Positions 1-10,167 of a stretch of 64,000 bases of DNA are shown piece by piece. The stretch is taken from assembly GCA_965261395.1 (NCBI GenBank), contig OZ253462.1:4704001-4768000 (forward strand), in the 5' to 3' direction. The DNA is from Candidatus Latescibacterota bacterium (GTDB taxonomy: Bacteria > Latescibacterota > UBA2968 > UBA8231). A model generated the notes under the pieces. That model was not told the DNA's origin. It saw nothing but the letters and a program-made list of their open reading frames with translations, and ran no database searches. Position 1 is the stretch's first letter. Each line of letters begins with the position of its first letter. A program made the position numbers and the translations under genes.

Positions 1-1
1 C

Positions 2-1892
<1,891 letters not shown>

Positions 1893-1894
<2 letters not shown>

Positions 1895-1922
1895 AAAAAC
1901 CGGCCCCCTCGCAAGGGCCGGT
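1893..1922 (-). terminator. Rho-independent terminator between convergent genes
   Basis: Stem ACCGGCCC/GGGCCGGT next to an A7 tract (U-tract on the minus strand). Confidence 0.7.
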
Positions 1923-1966
1923 CTATCCAGTCAAACACAGGGCCGGCACGGCCCCTCTTGCAGCCG

Positions 1967-2593
1967 CTAAAAAGACAGCTTCAGCCGCAGGGCGGGGACG
2001 GCAGCTTCGCGCCCGGGCAGAGCGCCCAACTCTACGCTCTTGGCCACCATGTTGATAGACTGGACTTGGTCGCGCAGATGGAACAGCGACGCGATCTTGA
2101 TCCACGCCGACAGCGGCACCCAACCGACCGCGGTATCCTCACCGGTCAGAAAAGCCGTCCCCACAGCCGTCACCGTCAAGCCCATGAGCGCGAGTCCCTG
2201 TTTGTGCTCTCCAATGTAGAAATAGCCCGCGCCCGGCACGGGTAGCTCCAACAGGAAGGCCAACAGCCCGGACTTTGACTGTTGGAACGCGGCGCGACGC
2301 GGCTGAATGCGATGCGTCCCCAGCGTGCGCAACGAGCGAAATTCAGCCAGTGCATACGCGGCCTGCCGCTCCTGCAAGGCACCGACGACCTCGACGACCG
2401 CCACCGAATCCGCCTCAATCTCCTCCACGCGCAACGAGCGCACCCGACCATCGGTAAACACGGCTTCGCCCCACGCCTCTTCGGCCTGCATCTTCTCCAG
2501 CAGGCCCCGCACCTGTTCTATCTCCATAGCCGCCTCGGCCCCGTGGGCCACCAGCAGGATCGCCGGCAGCCAAATCCATAGTATCCAACGCAT
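1967..2593 (-). CDS. Hypothetical exported/membrane protein with TM2/DUF5683-like segment
   Basis: N-terminal signal peptide, KSGLLAFLLELPVPGAGYFYIG motif, C-terminal LKLSF, and GAGG RBS upstream. Confidence 0.6.
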   Translation of the reverse strand: MRWILWIWLPAILLVAHGAEAAMEIEQVRGLLEKMQAEEAWGEAVFTDGRVRSLRVEEIEADSVAVVEVVGALQERQAAYALAEFRSLRTLGTHRIQPRRAAFQQSKSGLLAFLLELPVPGAGYFYIGEHKQGLALMGLTVTAVGTAFLTGEDTAVGWVPLSAWIKIASLFHLRDQVQSINMVAKSVELGALPGREAAVPALRLKLSF

Positions 2594-2630
2594 GTTCCAC
2601 CTCGTTTGAAATTGTCAATTCTGCCTTCTC

Positions 2631-2660
2631 AATCTACCCGACGCCTCTTCGTCTTGTCAA
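2631..2660 (-). promoter_or_regulatory. Putative sigma70 promoter for the 1967-2593 gene
   Basis: TTGACA-N18-TAGATT on the minus strand. Confidence 0.35.
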
Positions 2661-2725
2661 GCTGCCGTGGCCCGGCGCAGCCCATTGCTCCCCCCAACGC
2701 CAACCCCTATTTTCAAATCCTCATT

Positions 2726-3511
2726 ATGCAGGCTCAACTCCAACAAGCCATAGCAGCCACCCGCGAGGCCGGGGCGCTGACCTTGCAGTACTTCGGCGGG
2801 CCACTCAAGGTCGCCTACAAAGACAGAAATGACCCGCTGACTGCGGCGGATCTCCAAGCCGACGCCTATCTCAAAGAAGCTCTGCGGGATCTGCGCCCAG
2901 ACTGCGGCTGGCTCTCCGAAGAGACCATCGATGACCGCCAACGCCTTAAAAAAGATGCCGTGTGGATCGTCGATCCAATAGACGGCACCCGCGAGTTTGT
3001 CGCAGGCATTCCCGAATACGTGGTCGCCGTGGCCTTAGTCGAAGGCGACGAGCCAACCCTCGGGGTTATTTATAACCCCGCACAGGAGCAAGTCTTCGCC
3101 GCCGTGTCCGGCAGCGGCACCTTCCGCAACGGCCAGCGCGTCTTTTGCAGCGAGGTCCAATCCCTCAGCCAAGCCACGGCCGTCGTCAGCCGCAGTGAGA
3201 CCAAACGCAGCGAGATTGATCCCTTTCGCCCGCACCTCGGCGAAATCCGCCCCGTCGGCAGCGTCGCCTACAAGCTGGCCCTAGTCGCTGCAGGGGCCTG
3301 CGACCTCAACTTTAGCGTCCAAGGCAAAAACGAGTGGGATGTTTGCGCTGGCGACCTGTTGGTGCGCGAGGCCGGCGGCCTCATGCACACGTGCAGCCAT
3401 CAAGTGCGGCGTTATAACCAAGCCGATCCCCTTATCCCGGGTGGACTCGCCGCGGGCAACGCGTCGCTGGTGGCGCACATTCTCCACCTGATGCACGAGC
3501 AAAAGCAATGA
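2726..3511 (+). CDS. Inositol monophosphatase family / CysQ-like 3'(2'),5'-bisphosphate nucleotidase
   Basis: LSEE, WIVDPIDGTREF and EWDVCAG motifs. Start moved to ATG 2726. ATGA overlap with polX. Confidence 0.88.
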   Translation: MQAQLQQAIAATREAGALTLQYFGGPLKVAYKDRNDPLTAADLQADAYLKEALRDLRPDCGWLSEETIDDRQRLKKDAVWIVDPIDGTREFVAGIPEYVVAVALVEGDEPTLGVIYNPAQEQVFAAVSGSGTFRNGQRVFCSEVQSLSQATAVVSRSETKRSEIDPFRPHLGEIRPVGSVAYKLALVAAGACDLNFSVQGKNEWDVCAGDLLVREAGGLMHTCSHQVRRYNQADPLIPGGLAAGNASLVAHILHLMHEQKQ

Positions 3512-5202
3512 TAACGGCCCGCAACGCAGCAGATTTTGTCGAAGAGTACGCCACCCTCCTCGAACTCAGTGGGGCCTCCCCCTTCCGGGTCCGCGCCTAC
3601 GCCAACGCCGGGCGCGCCCTCGAAACCATAACGTCCCCTCTCGACGAACTCCTCGCCGCCGGGACCCTAACCGAGGTCAAAGGCATCGGCGACAGCGTGG
3701 CCGAGCTGGTCGCCGAGTTCGCCGACACCGGCACGGCCCAAGCCTATGAAAAGCTGCGGGCCGCAACGCCCGAGGGCCTGCTCGACATACTGCGGGTCCC
3801 CGGGTTGGGGCCGCGCAAGATCAACGCCATCCGCAAGGACCTCGGTATTGAGACCCTCGACGCCTTGGAGCAAGCCTGCCGCTCCGGCCAACTCGCCGCC
3901 CTCAAGGGGTTTGGTCCCAAGACCCAAGCAACCATCCTCAAGGGCGTCGAGTACATCCGCGCCCATGCGGGCCACTGCCACGCCGATGCCGCGCACCAAA
4001 GCGCTCACAGCCTGCTCGCAGCCCTGCGCTCCCACGCGCAGCGCCTCGCTGTCGCCGGAGAGTTGCGCCGAGCACGGGAGACGGTCCAACAGCTCGACTT
4101 CGTGCTCAGCACTACCGACGCCGATGCCGCGAGCGCGGCCTTTGCAGCTCACCCGGATATCGCCGCGGTCCTCGAGCCGAATGTAGGCCGGCTGTCCAAC
4201 GGACTGCAAGCCAACCTGCACATAGTCTCAGACGAAGCCTTCCCCGCGGCCCTACACTACTACACAGGCAGCGAGGAACACCGTTCCGCACTGTGCGCCA
4301 AGGCCGCCGAGCACGGGCTAGTCCTCGACGAACGCGGACTCTGGCGCGGCGACGAGCGCATCGAGTGCGCGAATGAAGCGGCTTTGTTCGCCACCTTGGG
4401 ACTCGCCTACATCCCGCCGGAACTGCGCGAGAACCAAGGCGAAGTTGAAGCCGCGGCCGCCGACGCGCTGCCCGAGTTGGTAACAGCCGCCGACATTCGC
4501 GGCATGCTCCACGTGCATTCGACCTATTCGGATGGAGCCGACAGCCTAGAGGCTATGGCCCGCGCCGTGCAAGAACGCGGCTTTGAGTACATGGGCATTG
4601 CCGACCACAGCCAGACCGCAGCCTACGCCGGGGGGCTTCGCGTTGCAGAGGTCCAGCGTCAGTGGGAGGAAATCGACCGGCTCAACGAGGAATTGGCCCC
4701 CTTCCGCATCTTCAAGGGCATCGAGTCGGATATCCTCGGCGACGGCTCGCTTGACTACGACGACGACCTGCTCGCCCAATTCGACTTCGTGGTCATCTCG
4801 GTCCATTCGCAGTTCAACCTGAGCCGCGACGCCATGACCGCCCGCATCGTCCGCGCCATCGAACATCCGGCTGCCACCATCGTCGGCCATCCAACCGGGC
4901 GCTTGCTCCTCAACCGCGAAGGCTACGCCGTCGATACCGAACAAATCATCGAAGCCGCCGCCCGCTGTGGGGTTGCCATTGAAATCAACGCCCATCCGTC
5001 GCGGCTCGACCTCGACTGGCGGCACGTCAAAAAGGCCCGTGACCGCGGCGTCCAAATCGCCGTCAACACCGACGCCCACAGCATCGCCGGCCTGGATCAT
5101 CTCGGCTACGGCATCGGCATCGCCCGCAAGGGCTGGCTCCGCGCCGCCGACATCCCCAACGCACTCGGCCGCGAAGCCATTGCCGCTTGGTTCCAAAGCT
5201 AA
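3508..5202 (+). CDS. polX: DNA polymerase X / PHP 3'-5' exonuclease (non-canonical polymerase site)
   Basis: N-terminal PFRVRAY, HhH motifs (VKGIG, VPGLGP, LKGFG) and YTGS. PHP metal motifs HVH, DHS, GIESD, GHP and NTDAH. Confidence 0.93.
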   Translation: MITARNAADFVEEYATLLELSGASPFRVRAYANAGRALETITSPLDELLAAGTLTEVKGIGDSVAELVAEFADTGTAQAYEKLRAATPEGLLDILRVPGLGPRKINAIRKDLGIETLDALEQACRSGQLAALKGFGPKTQATILKGVEYIRAHAGHCHADAAHQSAHSLLAALRSHAQRLAVAGELRRARETVQQLDFVLSTTDADAASAAFAAHPDIAAVLEPNVGRLSNGLQANLHIVSDEAFPAALHYYTGSEEHRSALCAKAAEHGLVLDERGLWRGDERIECANEAALFATLGLAYIPPELRENQGEVEAAAADALPELVTAADIRGMLHVHSTYSDGADSLEAMARAVQERGFEYMGIADHSQTAAYAGGLRVAEVQRQWEEIDRLNEELAPFRIFKGIESDILGDGSLDYDDDLLAQFDFVVISVHSQFNLSRDAMTARIVRAIEHPAATIVGHPTGRLLLNREGYAVDTEQIIEAAARCGVAIEINAHPSRLDLDWRHVKKARDRGVQIAVNTDAHSIAGLDHLGYGIGIARKGWLRAADIPNALGREAIAAWFQS

Positions 5203-5203
5203 A
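5191..5203 (+). repeat. Left copy of 13-bp direct repeat TTCCAAAGCTAAA (includes polX stop)
   Basis: Identical to 7378-7390. Confidence 0.9.
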
Positions 5204-5204
5204 C

Positions 5205-6368
5205 ATGACCCGTAGCGATTACCTCTCACAGCTTTTTCGGCGACTGCATACATTTCGTCAGGAAGCCCAACTTGAGCCTGAGCAGGTCGAAAGTAACCTT
5301 GTTTTGGGGCCAGGCTGGATCCATGCGTTCGAGAGCGGAGCGGCCCTCCCCGGTCTTGATGTGGTTATGTCTCTGCTCTCACTCTATGGCAAAACCCTGC
5401 GCGACCTTGCAGAAGGCATAGAAGGGAACGCTCCGTCCATAAAACGCTCAATTACCCCAGAAGAAGTCGACAATGATCTCATTCTTCACTTTACCTATGG
5501 TGAATACGACGCTACGTACCGCCTTGAAGGTGTTACCGTGGAGCAGTTCACAGAAATAGTTCTAACGTTGCGAAATGGGCTCGCTCAGCTTGCTAACTCT
5601 GGGATTGAAGACCAGCGAGTCGAGACGATTAAGATGGAAAGTGTGGCCAATGCATTCATGAAAGCCGTTGAACTCTGGCCCCAAGCTAACCCCTCCGATC
5701 TCTGGTGGTTTCTCGTATATCGCGCCTACTGTGACCCATACAACCATCCTGCCCAGTATGCTCGCTTAGACTTTGCGCAAAGCTGGAAACGAACTGCTGG
5801 TTGGGCCTTGGAGTTGGTTCTCGAAAAACATTACGGTGCTACCCTGGCGAAGCAAGGGATCAACATGGTACGTAAAGATTCCGAGCGTAAGGAGAGGATT
5901 CTTCACGGTATCAACGTTGGTCACCGCCTTGAAGCAGACAAAGTGGATATTATGCTAACGGTCGGCGAGGGCGCAAACGAACGGATGATTGGGGTCGTTC
6001 ACGTCAAGGCGAGTTTTGCGGAACGCCGGACAGACGATGTTCCTATGAGTCAAGCACTTGTTGATGCTAGCTACATTTCCCCACTATGGACGATGGACTG
6101 CAAGAGTTTCCCTGGTCCTGAGCCCATCAATCGCGGAGAATTGGGCAAAATCTTCACCGGAGAAGATCAGGATCAAAGGAACGCAAAGAGAAAAGACATA
6201 GAAAATGACGGCTTTTTCTCAGCGTGCTTTTCCTACAATAAGAACACTCATCCGACTCCTCCCGATACCCCCCTAGCAAAGGCACGGATTTATTCATGTG
6301 ACTTCATCGACCCAGACGATGCTTTCACTAGGTTCGTCGTTTCGGAGAGTCGCCGATTTCGGAAATAA
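5205..6368 (+). CDS. Putative type II restriction endonuclease (BsaWI-like) with N-terminal XRE-like HTH
   Basis: QSWKRTAGWALE and DKVD...HVKASFAER resemble PD-(D/E)XK CCGG-family endonucleases. The first ~75 aa resemble an XRE/C-protein HTH. Adjacent to a methyltransferase. Confidence 0.68.
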   Translation: MTRSDYLSQLFRRLHTFRQEAQLEPEQVESNLVLGPGWIHAFESGAALPGLDVVMSLLSLYGKTLRDLAEGIEGNAPSIKRSITPEEVDNDLILHFTYGEYDATYRLEGVTVEQFTEIVLTLRNGLAQLANSGIEDQRVETIKMESVANAFMKAVELWPQANPSDLWWFLVYRAYCDPYNHPAQYARLDFAQSWKRTAGWALELVLEKHYGATLAKQGINMVRKDSERKERILHGINVGHRLEADKVDIMLTVGEGANERMIGVVHVKASFAERRTDDVPMSQALVDASYISPLWTMDCKSFPGPEPINRGELGKIFTGEDQDQRNAKRKDIENDGFFSACFSYNKNTHPTPPDTPLAKARIYSCDFIDPDDAFTRFVVSESRRFRK

Positions 6369-7232
6369 TTCCAAATTTGGCCCTTCGCTTTCCTCCAAGC
6401 GTTTGTTGGAGGCCCGAACTTGCTCAGGGTCAACTTCAAATCCTATGTAGGAACAGCCAAGGGTCAACGCCGCGGTTCCTGTAGTGCCCGAGCCAGAGAA
6501 CGGGTCCAAGATCACGACGTCTTCTCCACAGGTTCCGTACGCCTTAATGCAGCGAATTGGCAATTCCTTTGGAAAGCGTGAGAAATGCTTGAGCCCGTCA
6601 ATTTTCTCGTTTGCGAACTCCCACACGCTCTTAATCGGAGGCGTTACGCGAAAATCATGCCGCTCGCTCTTTGTCAGCAAGTAAATCGATTCGTGTTGAC
6701 GATGCGGGCGTCGGCAACGGCCCTCTGGCATGGCATTTTTTTTTCGCCAGATCACTTCTCCCCGGAACAAGTAGCCCGCGTCGCAAAGAGAAATAATAAG
6801 ACGATATGGGAGCGCCAGAAGATTGCCATACTGAAGCCACGTTTCATCCTTGTCGATAAACGCTTTTCGTCGCGCCCGTGGTTTGGTGTATGCTGAATTG
6901 TCCTCCGAAAAACCTTGTTTTTTCTCACCTAGGGTGCTGAACTTCCACGCTTTTTGATTCCAGTTCACAGGGGTGTTGTAAGCGTCTCCCATATTAATCC
7001 AAAGAATCCCTTCCGGCCTCAACTTCGGTAAAATCTCTACAAAGGCTTTCGTGAGAAACCGTAGATAATCCCTCGGGTCTTTTTCGATACCGATCCCTTC
7101 TGAGTGCCTTTGCCCCCAATAGGGCGGACTTGTCACAACTATATTCACGGACTCGTCTGGAAGTTGCGGAATCAGTTCTAAACAATCGCCTTCGTGGGTC
7201 TTATTGATCGGGAAAGGCCCGATTTGGTTCAT
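6294..7232 (-). CDS. Site-specific DNA methyltransferase, beta class (probably N4-cytosine)
   Basis: Motif IV VTSPPY precedes motif I LDPFSGSGTTG, with the typical GDCLE N-terminus. Confidence 0.92.
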   Translation of the reverse strand: MNQIGPFPINKTHEGDCLELIPQLPDESVNIVVTSPPYWGQRHSEGIGIEKDPRDYLRFLTKAFVEILPKLRPEGILWINMGDAYNTPVNWNQKAWKFSTLGEKKQGFSEDNSAYTKPRARRKAFIDKDETWLQYGNLLALPYRLIISLCDAGYLFRGEVIWRKKNAMPEGRCRRPHRQHESIYLLTKSERHDFRVTPPIKSVWEFANEKIDGLKHFSRFPKELPIRCIKAYGTCGEDVVILDPFSGSGTTGTAALTLGCSYIGFEVDPEQVRASNKRLEESEGPNLELFPKSATLRNDEPSESIVWVDEVT

Positions 7233-7336
7233 TGGCTCTTCCTTTCTTCATAATTTTTTGAACACCAATGGGAGTGGGAATCGCGTCGGTGGAGGAATTA
7301 CACGCATCGGACCGTTCCCACAACCCTCTCTTTTTG

Positions 7337-7364
7337 AACTTATAGACGGTATCTTACGAGTCAA
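7337..7364 (-). promoter_or_regulatory. Putative promoter of the methyltransferase
   Basis: TTGACT-N16-TAAGTT on the minus strand, inside the islet. Confidence 0.3.
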
Positions 7365-7366
7365 GA

Positions 7367-7987
7367 ATGCAGCCCCATTCCAAAGCTAAAGGGCCGCCCC
7401 GCCTCATCGGCTTAGCCGGGCCATCCGGTGCCGGCAAGACCACGCTCGCCCACGCCCTCCAGACTCGCCTACCCGGCTCCGCGACCGTCCTCTCCCTAGA
7501 CGCGTACTACCGCGACTTAGCCGATCTCTCCCCAGTTGAAAGGGCCCGAGTAAACTTCGACGCACCCGAGGCCATGGACCACCAGCGCCTCGCCGCTGAC
7601 CTCCGCCAGCTCGCCGCCGGCCACCGCGTCGAAATTCCCGTGTACGACTTTGCCACCCACACGCGCCAAGCGACCCAACGCCACCTCACCCCCACCGACT
7701 TCCTGCTCGTCGAGGGCCTCTTTGCCCTCTACTGGCCCGACATCAACGCCCTCTACCACCTGCGCCTCTTCGTCGCCGCCGCCGACGCGCTCTGCTTGGA
7801 GCGCCGCCTCGCCCGCGACCGCGTCGAGCGCGACCGTTCCCCCGCCTCAATCCGCGCCCAGTACCAAGAGCAGGTCCGCCCAATGTACCGCCGCCACATC
7901 CAGCCCACCGCCCGCTACGCAGACCTGATCCTCGACGGCAGCACGCCCACCGAAGAACAGGTCGCGGCTGTTCTAGACGCTTTGTAG
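7367..7987 (+). CDS. udk: Uridine kinase
   Basis: IGLAGPSGAGKTT P-loop, LDAYY, NFDAPEA, PVYDF, VEG and RRLARD motifs. Confidence 0.88.
   Translation: MQPHSKAKGPPRLIGLAGPSGAGKTTLAHALQTRLPGSATVLSLDAYYRDLADLSPVERARVNFDAPEAMDHQRLAADLRQLAAGHRVEIPVYDFATHTRQATQRHLTPTDFLLVEGLFALYWPDINALYHLRLFVAAADALCLERRLARDRVERDRSPASIRAQYQEQVRPMYRRHIQPTARYADLILDGSTPTEEQVAAVLDAL
7378..7390 (+). repeat. Right copy of 13-bp direct repeat TTCCAAAGCTAAA
   Basis: Identical to 5191-5203. Confidence 0.9.
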
Positions 7988-8055
7988 GGGAAAGCCTTGT
8001 GGTTGCCCTCATGTCTGGCAAATAATTGTAGGGGCGACCGGCCGGTCGCCCCTAC
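7984..8055. repeat. REP-like GTAG palindromes (one degenerate, one perfect 28-bp)
   Basis: GTAGGGGCGACCGGCCGGTCGCCCCTAC at 8028-8055 is a perfect palindrome. GTAGGGGAAAGCCTTGTGGTTGCCCT at 7984-8009 is a degenerate relative. Confidence 0.7.
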
Positions 8056-9992
8056 TAAAACGGCCCGGCGTGGTGCGAAGGCTCGTTGGCGTAGCGCTGG
8101 GTCTCCAGATCGAGGGTGATTTCGCAATGGGGGGGTACAGTGATACTCAGGTGTTTGCCATCAACGGTTATTTGGCGCTCTTCGGTCTCCAAGGGCGGCG
8201 CTGCGTACGTGCCGGCGTAGCCACCCATCCAGCCCGGATACTCGCTGGTGCGGCTTTGATAGGTAGCCCGGCCAAAGCGGTGCTCGCCAAAGGCCCCGCC
8301 CTGAATGACCAGTTCCCGGCCCTCGTTGTGGTTCAAATTGACCAAGCGCACGACCGTGCGGTCCGCGGCGAGCTTTTCCACCAAGGCACCGACGTCTTCG
8401 GGTAGGCCGGGGCGGCGGCGCTGGGCGTCAAAGTAGCGCAGGCGGGCGTGCAGCAGGCCGCCGTTGTAGATAGGCTGTGGGCCGCCCATAGTTAGCTGGA
8501 TGAGCGCTTCAGAGGAGACCGGATTGCCCCATTGCCAGTGGTGTACGTGGTGGCGGGTACCCACGTCTTGGTCGACGCGCATTTGGGCCAAACGGCGGCC
8601 GGCCACTTGGTACGTGGCCTGCAACATTTGCTCTGGGTAGGTCGGGTTGGCTCCGGCCAGAAAGCGCACCCAAGGGGCCTCGTGGCCCGAGTCCTCTTTG
8701 TTGTGGAAGGGGAACACCGCGGCCCAGTCGAACGCTTCTTTTTGCCGAATGGCCTCCATGCGCTCCCAGTCGCCCTCGTCCATGGACAAATTCCACAGCG
8801 TCACCGAGTACACCGGACTCATGGGCTGCCAGTCGAACCAGCCAGCATCGCCGTAGCGGTAGGGCACCAAAAAGGTTTCGCGCTGTTCGCCCATAGCGGC
8901 AAATTGGCTTGCCCAGCGCTCGGCCACGCTCATGTACTGGTCGCGGATATCCTCCATGCGCCCTTGTTCCAAGATGCGGTCCATCTGCTGGCGCGGCAGG
9001 TCGAGATAGGCGCGGTCGCGGGTCAACAGGTAGGCGTTGGCCGCCGCGTCGAGGGTGGCTTTCTGCAAGGTCAAAAATCCGTGCGGAAAGGTCCAGCCGT
9101 AGCGCCCGCCGTACCAGTTGCCAGCGCAGTATTCGCCCACTTGGCCCGACAGGCCAACGTTGTCCGGCAACATGCCGTCGTTAGCCTGTGCCCGCTCCAC
9201 CCAAGCGTCGGTGTATTCTACGACCCAAGCGCGGTATTTTTCGTCGCCGGTGATCAGGAAGGCGTTGGTAGCCAGTGAGGTGACGGCCAAGTTGGTCGGG
9301 GTGTCGCCCTGACGCCAGCGGTCGAACAGGGTCTGCCCCATCAAGCGGGCTTTGGCCGGGTCGGCTAAGTCCTGCACGCAGGTGATGCCAGGCAAGTCGA
9401 AAAAGGGTAGGTTGTACACTTCCATGCTGCCGCCCAACGGATTGTAGCTTTGGTGGTCGCGCTCGGTTAGCGGGGCAAAATAGGGGCCGTGGCTGCCGTT
9501 GAGGCCCGAGCGCAGGATCTTGTGCTCGGGGTCGTAGTTTTGCGCTTCAGGGTCTTCGTTGAGGTAAAAGCCGGCAAAGCGGCGGGCCCGTTCGACGCGC
9601 CGGGGGGCGTTGGGGTGGGCCAAGCACAAATGGTAAAAGCAGATGTCGCTTTCGGCTTGGTGCATCTGGTCTTCGCGGATGCCGTATTCCTTGCTAACAG
9701 TGCCCAAGCGGGTCAGTTGGCGAGTGATGGCCTCCCATTGGCGGTCGGCCAAGTGCAACAGGTGCTCGCCGCCGCCCATCAGATAAACGAGCGGCCAGTT
9801 GAAAAATGGCTCGTAGAAATCGTCGGGGCTACCGCCGCCCCACTCGTCCTGCCAGATGAATTCGCCGTCCTCGCGAGTAAAGTGGTCGAGAAAGGGCTGC
9901 ACCGATTGGTCCAAGGCGTCGAAGAGGCGGCGCTGCCACACGGCCCAATGGGCCGGCGCGTTGAGCGGGGTATTGGCGGTCAAGCTTTTCAT
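8055..9992 (-). CDS. Hypothetical 645-aa soluble protein, unknown function
   Basis: Long ORF with host-like codon usage and AGGAG RBS. No family recognised. Confidence 0.8.
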   Translation of the reverse strand: MKSLTANTPLNAPAHWAVWQRRLFDALDQSVQPFLDHFTREDGEFIWQDEWGGGSPDDFYEPFFNWPLVYLMGGGEHLLHLADRQWEAITRQLTRLGTVSKEYGIREDQMHQAESDICFYHLCLAHPNAPRRVERARRFAGFYLNEDPEAQNYDPEHKILRSGLNGSHGPYFAPLTERDHQSYNPLGGSMEVYNLPFFDLPGITCVQDLADPAKARLMGQTLFDRWRQGDTPTNLAVTSLATNAFLITGDEKYRAWVVEYTDAWVERAQANDGMLPDNVGLSGQVGEYCAGNWYGGRYGWTFPHGFLTLQKATLDAAANAYLLTRDRAYLDLPRQQMDRILEQGRMEDIRDQYMSVAERWASQFAAMGEQRETFLVPYRYGDAGWFDWQPMSPVYSVTLWNLSMDEGDWERMEAIRQKEAFDWAAVFPFHNKEDSGHEAPWVRFLAGANPTYPEQMLQATYQVAGRRLAQMRVDQDVGTRHHVHHWQWGNPVSSEALIQLTMGGPQPIYNGGLLHARLRYFDAQRRRPGLPEDVGALVEKLAADRTVVRLVNLNHNEGRELVIQGGAFGEHRFGRATYQSRTSEYPGWMGGYAGTYAAPPLETEERQITVDGKHLSITVPPHCEITLDLETQRYANEPSHHAGPF

Positions 9993-10167
9993 GCGGTAGC
10001 GCTCCTGAGTAGTTGCGGCGGGGTTGCCACTTCTGCGCGGGTGATTTTAGGAAGATAAAGAGCGCGTGTAAAGCAGCTTGACGGAGCGGAACGAGGCGGT
10101 TTATTTGCGCCTTGCCGAGGTCGTCTTCCGAGTGGGCGACAAAAAACCGCTGATTGGAGAAGGGTGT

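Larger units (their letters stand above)
5191..7390. mobile_element. Inserted restriction-modification islet bounded by 13-bp direct repeats
   Basis: Visibly lower GC than the flanks, direct repeats at both compositional boundaries, and it interrupts polX-udk. No integrase or transposase inside. Confidence 0.72.

Noticed and set aside
2606-2725. Upstream extensions given by the ORF track (also for batA, batC, DUF58, DUF4340, the sigma-54 activator, rplV, rpsM, rplQ, rpmC)
   Set aside because: The extensions lack family similarity or overlap neighbours. Downstream starts with an RBS or stop-start coupling fit better.
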